Made by a program: the position numbers and the translations under genes. A model generated the notes under the pieces. That model was not told where the DNA came from, did no database searches, and saw only the letters and a program-made list of their open reading frames with translations. Source: Methanomassiliicoccaceae archaeon (GTDB taxonomy: Archaea > Thermoplasmatota > Thermoplasmata > Methanomassiliicoccales > Methanomassiliicoccaceae). Taken from it: DNA of 64,000 bases. The stretch covers positions 704,001-768,000 of the forward strand of contig JAXGZN010000002.1 in assembly GCA_040776945.1 (NCBI GenBank), in the 5' to 3' direction. Positions 61,008 through 64,000 of this stretch are shown here, one piece after another. The stretch's first letter is position 1; the number at the start of each line of letters is the position of its first letter.

Positions 61008-61448
61008 TTGGCCGAACCTATCATCATCCTAATGGTGGAAGACAACGAAGGGGACGCCTTCCTGACCAGGGAGCTTCTTAAGGAAGCGAAAGTGACGAAC
61101 GTCATCCACATCGTGAAGGACGGCGTGGAGGCCATGTCCTTCCTCCACAAAGAGGCCCCTTTTGCCGACGCCCCGACCCCGGACCTGATCCTCCTCGATC
61201 TCAAGATGCCCCGCATGGACGGTCATGAGGTGCTCGCGCGGATCAAGTCCGATCCGGACCTGGAGTGCATACCCGTGGTCATCCTGACCTCCTCAGAGGC
61301 GGACGAGGACGTTCTAAGGGCCTATAAGCACAATGCGAACTGCTATGTGACCAAGCCTGTGGGCCTGGAGCAGTTCAGCAAGATCGTCCGATCGATCGAT
61401 GATTTCTGGCTTAGCGTCGTCAAGCTCCCGACAAGGCTGGACAAGTAG
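61008..61448 (+). CDS. Single-domain response regulator (Rcp1-like)
   Basis: VEDNEGD, LLDLKMP, LTSS and YVTKP. Confidence 0.93.
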   Translation: MAEPIIILMVEDNEGDAFLTRELLKEAKVTNVIHIVKDGVEAMSFLHKEAPFADAPTPDLILLDLKMPRMDGHEVLARIKSDPDLECIPVVILTSSEADEDVLRAYKHNANCYVTKPVGLEQFSKIVRSIDDFWLSVVKLPTRLDK

Positions 61449-61489
61449 ACCTTATTTATCGGGGAAACGTCCTCCGGCGGTGCGCGGGA

Positions 61490-63028
61490 TCACTTGGCCT
61501 GGTAATGCTCCTCCACCGAATAGTGGCCGATCTCCCCGAAGGTCCGGAGTCCTTCGGCCTCGATGGTAGAGACCGCCCCGTGCCCGCAGCAAACCAGCAG
61601 CCTTCGGCCATCCGCCTTGGCGCGCATATCCAGTTCGGCTCCGATCTCCAGCAAGGCCCTGCGCTCCAAACGCGCACGCTCCGAGTCGACGTTCACGGTG
61701 GTCATGAGATTCTTGGCCAGCGTAGCGAACTCCTCCATCTCGGGAGTCAGGGAATCGAAATTGATGAGGCAGTCCCCGGTGAGCAGCAGTCCCGCTTCCG
61801 AACATGCGAAAAAGACATGCCCGTGCAGATGGCCTCCCAGCGATTCCAGGACCTGGAACCTCAGTCCACAGATGTCGATCTCGTCGATGATCGGAAGGCC
61901 GCCACGCCTGGCGGCCGACGCCGGCGGCAGCAGCTTGACGTTAGTGGGCGGACTGAAGTGGGAGAATATGTTTATGAACTTCGTGTACACCTGCCCGAGG
62001 ATGGACCCCTCCATCTGCGAGCCATAGGCGCGGTTCGCCGCGTGGATGATGTCCAGTGAACCTGCGTGCATTATCGATTGGGCATCGTACAGCGCTCCCC
62101 CTCCGGAATGGTCAGCGTCAGCATGGGTGATGTAGATGCCCTCGAGCTCCCTTGAATCTATCCCGAAGCGGGCCAGCATTTCCACGATCTCACGGTGATA
62201 TATCCCAAAGCCGGTATCGAACATGGCCGTCCGCCCGTCATTGCGGAGCACATAGACTGAACCCCCGCACGGCAGTTGGAAGCAGAACAGCTTGCCCCCT
62301 CTGCCAATAGGGATGATCTGATATTTTGAATAGAACCCGGAGCCGGTCGTCTGCCGGAGCGTCCTCCCGGTCTGAAGTATCGAGCGGAACACCATGTGAG
62401 GATCGTGCCCCTGCGAGGTCAGCTCCTGCGCGATATGGTTGGAATCGTGCAGCAGGCGGAACAAGAAGTCCTCGTCCTCGGTGCCGATGATGTCCCTAAG
62501 CTCCTGAGCGAAGCGGATGTAGAACACAGTGTCGTCCAGCTTTTTGCCGGTAGAGTCGTACTCGAGGATCTCCAGGCGCCACCGGAGCTTCAGCTCCTCC
62601 AGCAAGCGGTAGGCCACCGTGTCGTTCTCCAGAGTTAGCGCCACTGTTAGGCGCCCGGGATGCTTCCCTCGGTCGTCGAAGTCCAGGAACGCGATGTTCG
62701 CGCCGGCTCCAGTGGTGTGGCCGAGGAACTCGAAGAGCATCCCCGGCTCGTCCGGCAGGTATACCGAGAACTTGAGGTATCTCAGGGTCGCCAAGGACGT
62801 TTGCAGGTATCCTATGGCCTGCAGGTCCCTGGTTATCTTCTCTGGCGCGTCCTCGCCCGCGTCGACCTGCCAGAAGACGATGTGGGGATCTATCCGCCGA
62901 TCATAGTCGACGCGGTGTATGTTGCCCCCGTGACTCTTGATGATCTCAGCGGCCCGGTGCAGTGCCCCGGGATCATCAGGCATTCTGGCGATGAACGAAA
63001 AGGTCCTCACGTTCCCTTGTAGCCTCAT
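61490..63028 (-). CDS. ACT-domain + MBL-fold hydrolase fusion
   Basis: PDDPGAL/PDEPGML ACT loops, THADADH, GGH, TGD and GHG. Confidence 0.85.
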   Translation of the reverse strand: MRLQGNVRTFSFIARMPDDPGALHRAAEIIKSHGGNIHRVDYDRRIDPHIVFWQVDAGEDAPEKITRDLQAIGYLQTSLATLRYLKFSVYLPDEPGMLFEFLGHTTGAGANIAFLDFDDRGKHPGRLTVALTLENDTVAYRLLEELKLRWRLEILEYDSTGKKLDDTVFYIRFAQELRDIIGTEDEDFLFRLLHDSNHIAQELTSQGHDPHMVFRSILQTGRTLRQTTGSGFYSKYQIIPIGRGGKLFCFQLPCGGSVYVLRNDGRTAMFDTGFGIYHREIVEMLARFGIDSRELEGIYITHADADHSGGGALYDAQSIMHAGSLDIIHAANRAYGSQMEGSILGQVYTKFINIFSHFSPPTNVKLLPPASAARRGGLPIIDEIDICGLRFQVLESLGGHLHGHVFFACSEAGLLLTGDCLINFDSLTPEMEEFATLAKNLMTTVNVDSERARLERRALLEIGAELDMRAKADGRRLLVCCGHGAVSTIEAEGLRTFGEIGHYSVEEHYQAK

Positions 63029-63309
63029 CGACTGCTTAAACGTTGCCGGCCAAGAGCGCGCACGCGCATGGATGGATCATCGACGGATCATGTGAAGCCG
63101 CCCGATCTCAAGATCTCATGCGCTCGATAATCCATTCGATGTCTGCGAACGGTCTGCTGAGCTATGTTGTCTATTTTCAGACACAAAATGTGTTATGATT
63201 AATAATCTTGCTATTATCTTGATAAGCTTTACTAATATATTGATTAGTTAAATAGCTCCTGATACTGACCAATCGGCATCAATATGTCCCACGCGGCAAT
63301 CAGGAGACT

Positions 63310-63696
63310 GTGGAGACAGAAGAACTGAAGCTCATCCTCTTGATCGCGTTCGGGGGAGCTATAGGCAGTGTGGGCCGATACATGGTCCAAGGGGTCCTGA
63401 CCAAGGGCGATTTTCCCTGGGGCACGTTCGCCGTGAACCTTATCGGGAGCTTCTTGATCGCCATGCTGTTCTTCCTGTGGTCCCAGGGGGACGGTGTTGG
63501 TTCAATCGCCAGAGCTTTTTTGTTCATCGGCGTCCTCGGTGGATTCACCACGATGTCCTCTTTCTCCCTGGAGACCGTTAACCTCGCCACCGGAGGGCAA
63601 TGGCCGTGGGCAATGGCGAACATGTTCCTCAATGGCGGCGTGTGTGTCCTGGGGGCCTTCCTGGGAAGAGCGGCAGGACTGCTGGTAGGAAGTTGA
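63310..63696 (+). CDS. crcB: Fluoride efflux channel
   Basis: GGAIG..GRY, FPWGTFAVN and GGFTTMSSF. Confidence 0.95.
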   Translation: METEELKLILLIAFGGAIGSVGRYMVQGVLTKGDFPWGTFAVNLIGSFLIAMLFFLWSQGDGVGSIARAFLFIGVLGGFTTMSSFSLETVNLATGGQWPWAMANMFLNGGVCVLGAFLGRAAGLLVGS

Positions 63697-64000
63697 TATA
63701 CCCGATAGAGAGTGCACTTCGGTTAAGGCTATGTAGGCGAGGCCGATCGGATCGAAGGAATGCTTGCCTACAAGGCGGCGGTCCATCTCCCAAGTGAAGA
63801 GAGTAAAAGGGCGCTATGGTCGCTCAAAGGGCCTACGGGTTCGGGAAGGGTGGCCTGCTACAATCTGCCTCACCATAACGTCTCTTGACCGATCTCCCGA
63901 GCTCATTGAGGCCGTGGACTCAGAACAGAAGATTTTAGCGGTCGAGCCCAAGAACAGGGCGAATGTTTTGGACAGTTCTGTCACCTTAGAGAAGATCGCT
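63693..64000 (+). pseudogene. Decayed DUF190 (COG1993) gene
   Basis: Fragments LRLRL.., VGEAD, AYGFG, DLPELIEAVDSEQKI and VTLEK with frameshifts and a stop; DUF190 typically follows crcB. Confidence 0.65.

Noticed and set aside
1-64000. CRISPR array, rRNA, SRP RNA
   Set aside because: No regularly spaced repeats or recognisable rRNA/SRP RNA motifs seen

Overview
GC-rich archaeal chromosomal window. It is most likely Methanomassiliicoccales (Thermoplasmata); this is inferred from SRP54-trmY, class I HMG-CoA reductase, archaeal pheT, a CoaD-YjjX fusion, a GvpD-like ATPase, COG1340 and TATA-type promoters. Positions 1-28.8 kb are mostly housekeeping genes, with tRNA-Ser(TGA) and tRNA-Ile(GAT). 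A ~19.5 kb element (28904-48432) is integrated in the 3' end of tRNA-Ile and bounded by an exact 25-bp att core. It carries a tyrosine integrase, two divergent AbrB-like genes, an HTH/zinc-finger operon and a stand-alone integrase-N-terminal-like protein. It also carries an AT-rich array of paralogous 2TM+PH-like membrane proteins, an IS1634, a GNAT toxin-antitoxin-like pair, a HEPN-like protein and a stop-interrupted putative Rep followed by tiny coupled ORFs. A 185-bp relic of a sister element lies just beyond attR, and a reading frame runs across the att site. Positions 50-64 kb hold two-component sensors, arsA/arsD-like genes, rubredoxin, hemerythrin, paaK-ACT and crcB. All calls come from motif recognition by eye; no database searches were run.
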